Assembly: GCA_043228905.1 (NCBI GenBank)
Contig: JBHGNT010000018.1
Coordinates: 3,906,001-3,970,000 of the forward strand
Direction: 5' to 3'
Source: Azolla caroliniana
Taxonomy: Eukaryota > Plantae > Polypodiophyta
Length of the DNA: 64,000 nt
Shown here: positions 12,723 through 43,849 of the stretch, piece after piece
How positions within the stretch are numbered: position 1 is the stretch's first letter
Layout of the letters: every line of letters begins with the position of its first letter
The notes under the pieces: generated by a model
Database searches by the model: none
What the model saw: only the letters and a program-made list of their open reading frames with translations
Told to the model about the DNA's origin: nothing
Made by a program: the position numbers and the translations under genes

Positions 12723-13570
12723 AGAATTTTTATCGTCCATAAAGAGGCCAATTTTGACCTATGGGACCAGAGTATACATGTGTTCTTGATATATGTCTCC
12801 TTCCTAAGAAGGGGTATTCATACATTGAAGCACAAAGTCTTTATGTGTTAGTAAAGCATACACATATGAGCTCAACCTTCTAGGTGGTGTCTTAAGTATG
12901 GCACTTAAGTTATCACTCCCTCTTAGTATGTCAGCATATCTTGAATGAATTGCACTACATATATGTCGAGCATGTGGAGAGCAAGTGACATTCATCCTCT
13001 ACCATGCCTTCATTGCATACTTTACATGTCTTCAAATTCGTTACATTTTGATACCATGACGCAACTTCAATACCTAACTTGTGTGTGTGTGTGAGAGAGA
13101 GAGTTTTACCCACCTTATTATATATCAATATGTTTGACTACGTTAGGTAATGGGGTCTATGGTACGACTGGACTACGAAAAATATGGCTTCTTGTTTTGA
13201 TGGTTTCCATGGTGTACCAAAAACAGGTATGCAAGCTAAAAGGAAAATTGACATGGCAATTCTCGCCTTTATAACACTGATGCCGACAAAGTGTCAACAA
13301 GTTTAATTTGCCACAAGGCCTTGAATATGGTGGTAGAGACAGAAATGGATGGTTTTTCTGCATTTTCATGTGGTTTTGACATAATTATTAATGCACTCTA
13401 ATTTTAAGGGGGGGGAAAAGAGATCGATCGAGGGAGGGGTATCGTTCTGGAAATAATGAAAATATGAGGGGTATTTGGAGAAATATATAAAATTTAGTCA
13501 CTAAGCTCTGCATACATTGAATGAGCGACAGTAGTACAGAGACTCAGAAGAACAGCGGAGAACCTCGGCG

Positions 13571-29710
<16,140 letters not shown>

Positions 29711-30789
29711 TGTTTCATGATGGGGCCAATTGTGTACATACATAACGCATATTTTTGAATCTTGCAGTATTTGAGAAAATGTATATTCCTTGATCGGTCC
29801 ATTGCCGCCGTAGGCTTATTCCATGCGCATACTCATTTTTATCATCTAATTCCACCAAAAGCTTAAATATCGTGTTTCATGTCGAATGATAGGATAAACA
29901 AACCGTTGTATATTGTTAACATTGTGATGACATTATGTCATGTGTGTGTAATTCACATCATAAGGAACACTCAAAGCATATTTGGTAGAATATCATAGGC
30001 TATCCAATCCTGTAAATGTTAGAATGTTTGATGAGTGGTTATAAAGAAGCACAATTCTGCCCATATCACTCATGAGGGTTGCATCTATTGGTTGTGCAAC
30101 ATATCATAATTATCAACATAGAATTGCCATTTGTACTTGTGTTGATGCATCAATGATCATCCCCAAGTTGTAAATCTATCCCCATATGTGCTCTAAGAGT
30201 GCACATTTTGTGATAGCGCCCCAAATGAGGAGCGGCTAGTGTGCCCCATATGGGTCAATAAGGTGTTAAACTAGGAAACTGTAGATGTGTAGGACACAAT
30301 GGATTTAGGAAAGAGCAAAATAGGTAATAGGATTGGTTAAGTTACGATGTACTTAGTCTTGAAGTATGTGCCATTTACTTCAAGATAAATAGTATCTAGC
30401 ACTAGTTTGTATCTAAGGAATTGGGTCATATTAAATGACAAGTCAATTGATAGAAAAGGAATATCTCCACTAACTTGCACATTTAATGTTATACTCAAAC
30501 CAAACATAGAATATAATCCACTTTCTTACACAATGGTTGGATTGATCATCAATCCTTACTAATTTTGTAGTGAGTTAGTCTAGATCCCATCTAAGTTCTA
30601 AGGTGTGAGTGGATGGGTGAACTATCATTGTGAGCCACTCTCATATGTAATAGAAGTTTTGTTTTCATACATCCATCTCTGTGGTTATAACTTTATATAC
30701 CTATTTAATCGATTCTCAATATTTCTAATATGGTATTAGAGTTGAGAGGTTGATCTAGATTAGGTATATACGGGTAGTTCTTGTCTAGC

Positions 30790-30849
<60 letters not shown>

Positions 30850-33079
30850 CAATGGCCTTGTCCACGAATGTTGCAGTTGATCCACTGCGCATTCACCCAC
30901 CTCCATTGTCTGATGGAAAGCTAGATGGAACCAACTACACTCTATGGAAGTTCAAAATGTCTGCCATTTTGGACTCCTATGAGTTGTTGGAGATAATCAT
31001 GGGACCCACAGGTGGAGACCCTAAGCCCATGGTGACCTTTGACCTTGCACACCCTATCACATCAATCCCTCCAAATGTTGATCTACTTCGAGCTTGGAGG
31101 AGAAGGAATGTTGTGTACCATAGTCACTTGTGCATGTGACCCTGTACTAACATTAGTGCAACATACAACCAGGGCACACGAAGCTTGGAGCATGTTGGTC
31201 AGCCAGTATCAAACCAGAAACTATACAAGGATACAAATCCTCGAAAATCAACTTGTTGCAGAGAAGCTCGTTGATGGAGAGAAAGTAGAATCCTTTGTAA
31301 AAAGGATTAAGGATCTTCAAGACCAGCTCGTGACTATTGGAGTAGTCGTCTCTCCAGAGGATATGGCTCGTCGGTGCATTCAAGTACTTCCTTCCAAGTA
31401 TGATGGCATTGTGACAACATTGAACACTTAGGTTCGACCCACTCCTTTAAGATTTGATGAACTAAGTACAATGTTACTTGAAGAGGAGCTTCGGCTGAAG
31501 ACAAGAGAAGGAAGGGAAGATACGACATTTGTCTCTGAGACTAAGGGTGAAGGGGCATCCAATTCAAACAATGCGAATAGGATACCAAAGAAGAAGAAGT
31601 TAAATGGATCGTGTTTCTACTGTGACAAGAAGGGTCACACAATCAAGGATTGTCGGAAGAAGATGGCGGATGAGAAGAATGGTTCTAGTAAGACTTCTTG
31701 GAGAGAGCCTGAGTCCGCCAACAATGTCGTAGATGAGCTTGAGTTATGGGTCGCAACTGAAGAAGTGTGTTCTTCAGTTGACTCTCAAGTTGTCAACGAC
31801 TCTTGGATTCTCGATAGTGGAGCATCCTAACATATGACCAGTAATCCTGACTGGTACAACTCTTGGACACCTCTTCAAGAGCCCATCAATGTTGTGGTCA
31901 GGAACAATGCTCAATGTCCAGCCAAAGGAACCAAAACCGTCTCCTACAAAGCAACGACCGACGAGACAAAGCATCTCTCTCAAGTGTTGTACGTGTCATA
32001 TCTCAGGAAGAATCTATTGTCCATTTCTGCACTAACCGACAAGGGTCTTGATGTTCGAATCAAGAAGTCGGGTACAAAAATAACAGATTCTACTGGCAAG
32101 GTTGTAGGAATAGGGGTAAGGCGTAACAATCTTTATAAGTTGAGCGCGTTTACAATTTCTACTAACCACAACACAAGTACTAAACAAAGCAATGGCATGA
32201 GAGATTTGAGCATCTCAATGTTGTTGTTTTGAAGGAGATGAAGAAGTCGAATATGGTAGTTGGGTTGCCAACCCTATCTGACTTAAGTCATGTTTGTGAT
32301 GCTTGTATGATGGGGAAGCATCAAAGGTCAACCATTCCAAAAGAGAGTCAAAATCGGACAAAGACTCCTCTGTAGCTAATACACATCGACCTCTTTGGAA
32401 AAATGGTGACTTTTGCAATGGGTGGATCTCTCTAATATATGCTAGTAGTCGACGAATTCAGTAGAAAAATGTGGGTTTACTTCCTTCGGGAGAAGGCTGA
32501 AGCTTTTAAAATCTTCAAAAGATGGCATAAGTTCGTTGAGCGGGAGTCTGTAAAGTTAGTGAAGGAGTTACGCTCTTATCGAGGTGGAGAATTCTTATCA
32601 ATAGAATTCTGTGAGTATTGCAAAGAGCGTGGTATTAAGGGCCAAATTACAACTACATCCCACAACAAAATGGTATTGTCAAACATCGAAACCGAACAAT
32701 TATCGAGAAGGCTAGGTGTATGTTGAAAGCACAAGCGATGCCTGACCCATTCTGGGTTGAAGTAGTGAATACAACAGATTACATCCTCAATCGAAGCTAC
32801 ACAAAGGCACTTCAAGGGAAAACACCCCAAGAAGCTTATTCAGGCAAGAAACCTTCAATGTTGCACTTTAGAACCTTTGGGTGTGCATGCTACGCACATG
32901 TTCCAGATGTGAGCAGAAAGAAGTTGGATGTTAAAAGCAAGAAGTGTATCTTTCTCGGATATAGTGAATAGTCAAAGGCCTATCGACTCTACGATTTGGA
33001 GGCAAGAAAGATATTGACAAGCCTCAATGTGGTGTTCGATGAGGAATGACCACAACTATCTGAGAATAACAATTCTCAA

Positions 33080-36000
33080 TGTTGAGAATCAAGCTCAACA
33101 AAATGCAACGTGTGAACACACCTTTGAGAATCTATGTGCACTCAAAGGTCAAGAGTCATACCACTCTCTACACATTAAACTATGTGTCATAGAATCATAT
33201 TCTATGACACATGACTAATGAGTTACATATTCCTCATGACAATGAGTCTTCACATTCCCCAAGAGAGAGAGTGGTTTTTGTTGTAAAGTTAATGAAGAGA
33301 GAGGGTGACTATATATAAAGCACCCTCCTCACACTTCATGCTAAGTCAGTTGTGACTCCTTGTAATGCTATATTTTTGTATTTCATATTCTCCTTATGAA
33401 TATATACATCTTCTTCTTCTTGAGTATTCTATTTTCCATTCTATCTATCCATCTTGTGTCGTCTCTTCTCTTCTCTATTTCCTCTCACACGTACACATAA
33501 CACATAACACATATCTCTTCCGCTACACAAGAATCATATCGGATTCTTTACATGGTATCAAAGCGATTTGGTAGCTCGATCTAGCCCACTCGCCTCATCG
33601 TGATCGTGTGTTGTGCTCTACACCGACGTTCAAGAAGAACCGACTCATCGCTATCGTAGTACCACTACATAGCTCGTGTTCGAGAGAGAAGGAAAAGAAG
33701 AAAGGAAGCTTAATCGACAATGAATACTCAAATGGGGAGCTCTCTCCCTAGCGAGAAGTTCGACTGAAACAACTTCGCATCTTGGGAGTACAAGATGCAC
33801 CAATACCTTGTCGGCCAAGGCTATTGGGGTTACATCAAGGGAGCACAAGAAAACTAACCCGACCCGGAAGACGCCGATTATGCAACGTGGGAGCAAGCGG
33901 CAAGCCGAGTGATGTATTGCTTCGCAGCATGTGTTCACGACCACATGCTCGGGTACATTCGAGAAGCCGAGACGCCGAAGGAAGTGTGGGAGAATCTACG
34001 AAAGATTTTCGGCGCCAACACTACCGCGAAAAAGCTTCAACTCTGCTAAGAGTTGAACAACATCCAACAAAGGGATATGTCCATCACAAGCTACACCTTG
34101 AAGTTCAAGGAGCTTTGCGACTCGCTTGGATCGATAAGCGTCAATGTGGACGATGATGAGATGGTGCAAATATGCCTCGGCGGCCTTGCACCACGATTCG
34201 GCGCGATGCGGACCATCGTACTAGCACGGGAGAATCCACCCTCCTTCTTCGATCTTCAATCTATGTTGTTGGTCGAAGAAAACCATGTTCGAATAAGGAG
34301 CAACGCCTCAGAAGGCCACATGCTCTACACGCATTCGGACGGAGGAAGAGGACGCGGTCATGCAAGAAGAGGCCGATTCGGTCAAGGACGAGGCCCGACT
34401 TACGAAAACAACTTGCATTTCGGCATAAAGACGGAAGCCATCGAGGAACCTTCGGAAGAAGGGGGTGCTTCCATTATGGTCTGAACCGACAAAGCTCGAT
34501 CGAATGCGGATATTGCGGAAAAATCGGTCTCCACGAAGAAGAATGCCGTAAGAAGATACGCGAGTTGGCTTCCACTAGTTAAAAACTCACCAATTACGTC
34601 GTCGACTCCGAGTACGACGATTACGGTGGATTATTCGTAATGAGACATAGAGAGAATTCTATGTCGACCTCTACTTCTACTAGTGCCTCCGGTCCGGAAG
34701 ACGTATGGTTCGTCGATTCTGGTGCCTTGAACCATATGATGTCGCATCAAGAATGGTTCCGAGAACTTCGAGAGCCGGACCGACCCGGCTATGTCGAAAC
34801 CGAAGACGACACTATGCACCCGATTCGGTACATCGGCAATGTTCCGATCAAAAAAGAAGGTAAGCAAACTTACATTAAAAATGTCTTGTATGTACCAACT
34901 ATCATGAAGAATTTGGTCTCCATCGGCCAAATTGTAGAGCAAGGAATGCAAGTTCGATTTAATCAAGGTGGTTTCTTCATCGAAAAAGAGGGCCAACTCA
35001 TTGCGTGCGGACGAAGAGAGAGCCGAATGTTCATTCTCGACTCACACGAGATGAAATCAGCAATGTTCGCAAAAGGCACGAAAGCCGAGTCTGACATAGA
35101 GTTATGGCACAAGCGGATTGGCCATATCAACCTTCAAAAGCTCAAGGCGATGCAATCGAAAGGAGTCGTCATCGGACTCCCGACCTTCAAAGAGAGAGAG
35201 AGAGATTGAAGGCGTATGTGCGGCTTGCCAATTTGGCACGCAACATCAGCATCCAGTTCCAAAGGAGAGGAATGTAATCAAAGGCGTACTCAACGTAATT
35301 CATTCCGATGTATGGGGACCGGCTCAAACGGCGACATTCGGCGGATGCCGATACTACGTGACCTTTATCAACGACTTCTCTAGGCACACTTGGATCTACC
35401 CGATGCGGCAAAAGAGCGAAGTGTTAGAACACTTCCAAAAATTCAAGAGTGGAGTCGAAAAAGCTACGAGTCGAATATTTCTCGGATGAGTTTACGACGT
35501 ATCTTCGAAAAGAAGGGATTCGACGAGAATTTTCGTGTCGATATACGCCACAACAGAATGGAGTAGTTGAATGCAAGAATCGACACATCCTCGAAATGGT
35601 ACGTGTTATGCTTAACGAAAAGCACATGCCGAAATCGTATTGGGTGGAAACAACTAACACAACCGTCTATATCATGAATCGATGTACGACATCCGGTGTG
35701 CATGAACTCATGTTGTACGAGAAGTTTTTCGGAAAGAAGCTAGATCTATCACATGTTTGGATATTCAGCTCCATTGCATATGTGCACATCCCCGACAAAA
35801 AGCGACAAAAGCTCGACCCGAAGTCGGAGAAATGTATCCTCATAGGATACTCACTAGAGCAAAAGGGGTACAAGTGCTATAACCCCTCAACTCGAAAATC
35901 TCGAGTAAATCGAGACGTTGTTTTTTACGAGTCCGTATCTTGGTACGCACCAGAGACAACTTCGACTTCGATTCCGCTCGACTCGGATTCCGCCGAAATA

Positions 36001-38512
36001 GAGATAGAAGCCGAAGATCGGTTCACGCACATGTTCAAAGAAAGCCCGATTATGACAAGGCTTAGTGGGCCACAAGAGCCCTCGAGCGATCAAAGTACAT
36101 CTCGGCCAAGTCCGAAGCTGGACAAAGGGAAGGAAAAAATGCTGGATTATGAAGATGATCACTTTAATGACAACAAATCGACTCACTCCCTTGATAGTGA
36201 GTTCGAAGGCCTTGAGATCCGAACAAATGGAGCGGAGAAAGCCGTAGTATCCACAAATGAGAAGCTCTGCCGATCCACCTATGAAAAGAACCCCGTAAGC
36301 CAATTCGGCTACAACGATTATATGGCGTACCATTACACTTTTATGCTGAAGGTAGCGATAGTACGGGAGCCGGAAACGTTTTCCGAAGCCGCGACGGACC
36401 CCAGATGGGTTGAAGCGATGAATGAGGAGATGCAAGCACTCTCCAAGAACGAGACATGGGATCTCGTTCCCCACTCACCGCACAAGAAGGCAATTGGCTA
36501 TAGATGGATCTACAAGGTGAAGTATAATGCCGACAGCTCCGTAAACCATTACAAAGCTCGACTCGTAGCGAAAGGATACGCTCAAACGCATGGAGTCGAC
36601 TATGAAGAGACATTTGCCCCCGTGGCAAAGATGACAACAATGCGGACCGTAATTGCACTCGCAGCGGCGAAAGGGTGGCACCTCCACCAGATGGACATCA
36701 AGAACGCTTTCCTCCAAGGCGAATTAGAAGAGGAGGTGTACATGCTACAACCTCTCGGCTTCGAATTGCGCATTCATCCGAAAGTCGAATGCTGACTCAA
36801 GAAGTCACTCTACAGTCTCAAGCAAGCATTGTGTGCTTGGCATTCGAAGATTAGACAATATCTTCATCAAATCGGCTTTCGAATGTCGAAATCTGACAAC
36901 TCCCTCTACGTACAACACGACTCTAGAAGCTTAATTGTCATCATCCTCTACGTGGATGATCTGGTTATTGGAGGTGAGCATTTAATCGACATCAACAAGG
37001 TGAAGTCCCTCCTCTCCAACAAATTCGAGATGGCTGACATGAAGGAACTCTTCCTAGGCATCGAGGTAATTCGGATTCCGGCCAACATTATGATCTCCCA
37101 ACGACACTACATCCTCAACTTGTTATACAAGTTTGGGATGACTCAGTTTAAATCCGTGGCAACCCCTCTCGATCAAAACCTCAAACTAGATGTTGACTCT
37201 AGCACAGACGAGTGCGAGCCGACCCAATATCATCAATTGATCGAGAGCCTCATCTATCTCACGATCACTCGACTCGACCTTAGCTATCCGGTCGAACTCC
37301 TTAGCCAATTCATGCAAACTCTCGTGAGATATCCATTTCGATTGCGCTAAGCGAGTATTACAATACGTGAGCGGCACAATGGATTACGGCGTTCTCTACA
37401 CATCGGCCCCACCAATACGACTCGAAGGGTACACAGACGCGGATTGGGCAGGCTACAAAGCCGATCAATGATCAACCTCTGGTTTTGTCTTCTCCCTTGG
37501 TAGCGGAGCAATTTCGTGGAGTAGCAAGAAGCAACCAACCGTAGCTCTTTCGAGTACGGAGGCCGAATATTGGGGCACAGCCATAGCTGCATGTGAAGTT
37601 GTATGGCTCAAGAGGATTTTGAAGGATCTGGGCGTCCCCATCAAGGATTCGACGCCCATTTACTGCGACAACATGAGCAGTATATACCTGGCTCCGAACC
37701 CGGTGTTCCACGCACGCACAAAGCATATCGAAGTGCACTATCACTTCATTCGAGAGTGCGTACAGGCTGGAGATGTCGACCTTCAACACATCAACACGAA
37801 TCTTCAAACGGCCGACATCTTCACCAAAGCCTTAGGAGCCGACAAGCTTCAGCAATTCATGTCAGACCTTGGATTGACGATCCCTGATTTGCCAAGCTTG
37901 AGGGGGAGTACAAGCGAGAACCGGATACGTTCTGAACTGGGTACAAGCCGAGGCGGATACCGGAGATCGTCTGAACCGGATACCAGCCAAAGCGGGCATC
38001 AATCAAAAGGAACCGACCCGAGTTGAGCTTGAGGGGGCATGTTGAGAATCAAGCTCAACATAGTGCAACGTGTGAACACACCTTTGAGAATCTATGTGCA
38101 CTCAAAGGTCAAGAGTCATACCACTCTCTACACATTAAACTATGTGTCATAGAATCATATTCTACAACACATAACTAATGAGTTACATATTCCCCATGAC
38201 TATGAGGGGACTATGAATCTTCACATTCCCCAAGAGAGAGAGTGGTTGTTGTTGTAAAGTTAATGAAGAGAGAGGGTGACTATATATAAAGCACCCTCCT
38301 CACACTTCATACTAAGTCAATTGTGACTCCTTGTAATGCTACATTTTTGTATTTCATATTCTCCTTGTGAATATATATATTCTTCTTCTTGAGTATTCAT
38401 TCTATCTATCCATCTTGTGTCTTCTCTTCTCTTCTCTATTTCCTCTCACACATACACATAACACATAACACATAGCTCTTCCGCTACACAAGAATCATAC
38501 CCGATTCTTTAA
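33080..38512 (+). mobile_element. Nested Ty1/copia element; LTRs 33080-33552 and 38040-38512, TSD CTCAA
   Basis: TGTTGAGAATC LTR pair; PBS TGGTATCAAAGC at 33553; PPT GAGGGGGCA; CTCAA at 33075-33079 and 38513-38517; full copia domain order with frameshifts/stops (WFVDSGA, YTPQQNG, YVDD, HARTKHIEVHYHFIRE, ADIFTK). Confidence 0.94.
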
Positions 38513-39100
38513 CTCAAGTTATCTCATCAACCGATGAAGTATTCCACCCAATACTGACCCACTGTCTAGAAAAGGAACCTGAACCATCTTATGGTAAGGG
38601 CTCACTAGTTCAGCCTATGCTAGTGCCACATGTAAAGAAAATACCAAAGTGAGCTCAACAACTCTTTAATGACCATACTCCTAAAGTTGAGTTTCTTGAA
38701 ACTTCAACTGATGGATAATAGAGATTAAGAAGAATACACGAGCAAGGGAGAACCTCTGACCACATTGTCAACATGGCTCTGATGGTGGACATTATAGGCT
38801 TAGTGAGTGAGCCGGCCTCAGTGGAGGAAGTCATGGCCGACCTGAAGTGGAAAGAGGCGATGATATCAGAATACAATAGCATCATGAAAAATGCCACGTG
38901 GGAGTTAGTAGAGAGGCCAACAAAGAGGAAGGTGATAAGCACCAAGTGGGTGTGGAAAGTAAAGTATAAAGTTGATGGTTCTTTGGAGAAATTTAAGGTC
39001 AGGCTATTAGCGCAAGGATACTCCCAAATTGAAGGGTTCAATATACAAGAAACATTTGCCTCGACAACTCGCATGACAACAATTCGAATGGTCATAGCGT

Positions 39101-39909
39101 TGTCGTGAAGATCCGTAACTACGTGCGGATCATGAGGCGGAACCACTAGGGGCCTGGACCGGAATGATTCTAAGTTTGCACTAGCTTTAGCGAGAAAGGA
39201 TGTAAGATAGATTGAGAGAGAGAGAGAGATCGATATTAAGATTCCAATTTATTTTGAGACAGATTGAGGAAGAGAGAGATTGAACCCGTGACTTCAATTT
39301 TGAGGGAGAAAATACATCACCAATAAGATAACTAGTTTCTTAATATTAATTTTGATATAAAGTACAAAGCTTGCTTGATTTCCATTCCTTTTTCCTCTAC
39401 TCTTTTATAGATTCCCCCATGCATATGATGCATGTGAGGGTACAAGACATGCATACAATGCATGCTTGCCATTTTGGCGTTCATGCATCACATGTCATGC
39501 ATGATGACCATGTCACTCATCCAAGCTCTCATGTATGGGAATTTACATGTGAAAAGTATAACGATGAAAATAAACTTCAAAGAAATAGCTTGAGTTAGTG
39601 GTAAGCTTATTGGTTCTTATCTTGTAGGTGTAAGGATCAAGCTTGGCTTGCACCCCTTTGTTTGCACCTAAATATTACTAGGCTTTAGTCTTCTTCTTCT
39701 TTTATATTTACAATTGAGCGCACATCATATGTGCACATGTTTAACTTTACATCTATCTTTTCTTTTATGATTCTCATTTCAGTCCTATTTACAACATGCT
39801 AGTATATGTGTCTGTGTGGCCTTCACCCCTTTCACACGTGCACATTGCACCTTCTCGATTTCGTTCATTGCACACAATATTCACATCGTTGCTAAAAATC
39901 TTCACGACA
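39101..39909. mobile_element. Solo LTR (809 bp) inserted in the RT of the outer copia
   Basis: 12-bp terminal inverted repeat TGTCGTGAAGAT...ATCTTCACGACA; flanks GCGT/ACGT; removal restores [26 protein letters not shown]. Confidence 0.8.
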
Positions 39910-42149
39910 ACGTTGACTACTTCAAGAGGATGGCCGATTTATCAAATGGATGTCAAATCAGCATTTCTGAATGGGCATCTCAAGGAGGAGGTATACGTGA
40001 CACAACCACCAGTGTTTGAGATGTTGAATTCAGAAAACAAAGTTTACAAGCTAAAGAAGGCGTTGTATGGTCTAAAGCAAGCACCAAGAGTTTGGAACAA
40101 GAGGATAGACAGCTTCTACGATCAATCGACTTTAAGCAATGTGCTTTGGATGCAAGTATGTATGTCAAAATGAAGGACAGGAAACAAGTCATCATCGTCA
40201 TTTACGTGGATGATCTAGTACTTACTAGTGACCATGAAAAGTGTATTGGTCAAACACAAGAGTGTTTGAAAACTGAGCTTGAAATGACAGACTTGGGGAT
40301 TCTACACTACTTCCTTGGAATTGAGGTTTGGCAAACCTCGGTTGGCATCTTCATGTCACAAAGAAAGTATGCAACAGAGATCTTGAAGACCTTTGGGATG
40401 ATTGACAACAAGTCAAAGTCGACTCCAATGGAGTCAAACTGCACACTATCCCAAGAAGACTTGTCACCAATGGTTGACATAAGGAAGTATAGACAACTAG
40501 TAGGAAGTCTAATTTTCTTATTCAACACTGGGCCAGATATTTGTTTTGCAATCATTGTGGTGAGTCGATTCAACAACAAGCCGAAGGAGACTCATTGGAA
40601 AGTTGCACTACGTGTATTAAAGTACATTGTGGATACTTTAAATTACAGAATCTTCTACAAGCCAACGATTGACGAACTTAGTGGGTATTGCGACTCCGAC
40701 TGGCCTAGAGAAGTGATTCTAGAAAATCAATTTCTGGATATTGTTTTTCAATAGCTTCTGGAGCTGTTTCATGGAGTAGTAAAAACAACCAACAGTGACA
40801 TTATCTTCAACGGAGGCAGAATACAAAGTAGCATGCATAGCAACATGCAAGACAATCAAAGTTGCATGTCCATTGCCAATAACCCCATATTTCATGCACA
40901 TACTAAACACATAGAGGTTTAGTATCACTATGTGCGGGAGCTAATAAATGATGAGATAAGTAGTATCTAGCACTAGCCTGTATCTAGGGAGTTGGGTCAT
41001 ATTAAATGACAAGTCGGTTGATAGAAAAGGAATATCTCCATTATTATCAACTGACTTGCACATTTAATGTTATACTCAGACCAAACATAGAATATAATCC
41101 ACTTTCTTACACAATGGTTGGATTGATCATCAGTCCCTACTAATTTTGTAGTGAGCTAGTCTAGATCCCATCTAAGCGCTAAGGTGTGAGCGCATGGGTG
41201 AACTACCATTGTGAGCTACTCTCATATGGAATAGAAGTTTTGTTTTCATATATTCATCTCTGTGGTTGTAACTCTATATACCTATCTAATCGATTCTCAA
41301 TATTTCTAACAATTTGTACTTGCGTTGATGGCCTCCAAGATTGAGATTCTTGAATGCTAGTAGCTCACACAACAACAAGGAAGATAATGGACAAAGCATA
41401 GACACATGCAAATGTATGATGTTTCTTGATCACTAGAGAATCACGTTGCCATAATATACATTACCTTCTAAATGCATTAATTATCATGTGATTTGTACCA
41501 TATCACCCACATTCTTTGTTGTCAATGTTTTTTTGCCATTTCCATCCCATGCCAACTCCAAAATCTTTTGCTACCAATGGTTTTGTATTTAATTAATGCT
41601 ATTCCTTTGTTAATTGCATGTTATTTATTTTGTGCCATATCAAATGGATGACCATATTTTATGTCACTTAAAATTCCTTTCCACGTTAAAGTTGCATCAA
41701 AGTGGACAACAATATTTCATATGACTCTACCATGTAAATGTATTCTTTTGTTTGCTAGTTGGATATAAGGTTTAATATAAACAAGTAAGACAACAAACAA
41801 TTGATATTTTGGTGGCACATATTGGCTTCAATTGGCTTTGAAAACCACATATTTTGTGGTCGACAATTGTGCACCACATTAACATGAATTTTGTTCTATT
41901 AATCGAACTCAATTGGACTAGATTATTTAGAACCAATTATTGTTGACCATTATGAATATGAAAATTGTCCATGTTATGGTAGACAATAACATTTTGCGAT
42001 CATCAAGGAGAAAGTTTCTAACCCGACACAAAGTTGATGATAACAAAATTTATGAAATTTTTATGATAAGTATGATAACAAAATTTATGATGAGTATGAT
42101 GAATAAATTTATGATAATTTATAATAAGTATGATGATTAATATCAATAA

Positions 42150-42362
42150 AAAATGGTTTGGTTTTGATTTATGATAAACCAGTTTGGTTTGGTTTAAAAA
42201 TTTTCGTAAACGGTTTGGTTTCTCCTATTCTTTAAACGGTTTGGTTTAAATGGCTTCGTAAATTTTAAAACAGTTTGGTTCGGTTTTTTTTATTAATAAA
42301 TGATTTGGTTTGGTTTGGTTTGGTTTCAAGGCCAAGAAACCAAACCGGGTCCATTGCTAATT
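42150..42362 (-). mobile_element. Second copy of the AACC-repeat MITE-like element
   Basis: Reverse complement starts AATTAGCAATGGACCCGGTTTGGTTTCTTGGCCTTGAAACC, matching 25086 onward. Confidence 0.55.
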
Positions 42363-43849
42363 GCAAACACCTTACCTTCTCAGATTTAAATGAAGATTAA
42401 AATTTTAGCCACTAGTTTTTTCAACATTGTTATAAACTTCAAAGATCACATCTTGAAGTCGACATGCCATACGTGTTCGAAGATCAAATCTCAGACGTGG
42501 CTCAGCTTTTAACACTAATTTGTTGCTTCTCGCTGATTTAAACCTCTCGGATTGCATATTGGTTATTGCTCGTGCATCCATAGATGAGAGCAACTCCTTT
42601 TGCATATTTGCCATGAGTTGCCGACAATGCTCAACAACAGCCATGTTCATCGCTCCTGATTCTTGCTCGAGCAGTTGAAGTGCTTCTATAGTTTGATGTG
42701 CTTCTAACTTTATTTGTTCGCTTTGTCAACTTCTACTTCTTGTGTCAAGTCTAGTTATGTATCAAAGAGCAGTGTGGAAATGGTAGATGTGGTGGTTCAA
42801 ATTCATGTGGTTTTGGTAGCTTTGGTTGTATTAATTACTTGTGTATCTACAACAAAATTGTTTAATGGAGGAAACCATATCCTTGATCGTTGAAATGACA
42901 TCATTGCTTGTACTTGGCTCAAACCGTAATTATCCTTGAGTTAGGTGCAAACATATATTTCTTTCTAGGGTTGGGGAAATGATCCATTCATGGACTATGT
43001 TGATGTCATCTCTTTGGTTTTGCACATGGATCTCTATTCTCCATTTGTGATGTAAACAGCCAAATCCAACCTTCTACAAACTTAGAACCTGTTTTGCATC
43101 ACAAAATATTACCCTTCAAATATTGATTGTAACTACCACTAAACCCTAACTAGCCTACCATACATGGTGAATGCCTTTCTACTTGTCATGTTGGTTTTGT
43201 GGGGTTCTGACGAAAATCTATTTGTAATTACTCCCAATTGAAGACACCGTTTATGAACCTTTCCAAAGGTTAAACATGCAAGTCTACAAAACCAATCCCT
43301 TGGAGTGATCATCTTTGAGTCACTTGGAACACTTAAAAAGAACATGTATGTCAGGCTCCTTCACTTCTCTTTGCAGACCCATCTAAACCTTATGACGTTG
43401 AGACTAATGGAAGTGATTATGTGGTAGGGGCAGCCTTGTATCAAGATGGAAACCTGTTGTATTTGAGAGTAACAAACTTACTCCAACTTAATGTTGGCGC
43501 TCAATTCAAGAAAAATAACTTTTTGTTATTATACATGCACTTAAGTCATGGAGACATTACATACTTATATGGGAATCGTTTTGTGGTAACTAGCCTACTA
43601 GGGACCACCAATCCTTGAAATATTTTTGTGACCAAGAAGGCCTCACGGGTTGTAAAGCACAATGGGCATAACTCATTAAGAACTTCTAATTTTTCTATAC
43701 GATATCGTAAGGATCCATGAACATAGTTGCTAATGCGTTGAGTTGTATTCATGAAGTTAACATGCTTCACTTCACTGAAATTAAATCTGATGTATATGAA
43801 CAACTTCGAGGAAAGTTCCTTGATGACAATTATTTTCGAAAATTCTAGG

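Larger units (their letters stand above)
30264..41311 (+). mobile_element. Old Ty1/copia element (outer member of a nest); 5' LTR ends at 30730, 5'-truncated 3' LTR about 40955-41311
   Basis: About 30383-30730 matches about 40955-41311; PBS TGGTATTAGAG at 30731; gag (KLDGTNYTLWK), zinc knuckle CFYCDKKGHTIKDC, WILDSGAS, integrase, then RT/RNase H at 38770-40950 with stops. The 5' start is uncertain and no TSD was found. Confidence 0.87.

Noticed and set aside
30129-30147. ATTTGTACTTG(T/C)GTTGATG repeated at 41312 as a possible long TSD
   Set aside because: Not adjacent to a defensible 5' LTR start; may reflect a flanking repeat or rearrangement.
42405-42750. Short coiled-coil-like minus-strand ORF
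   Set aside because: No recognisable motif; stops upstream; probably a TE relic that I cannot assign.
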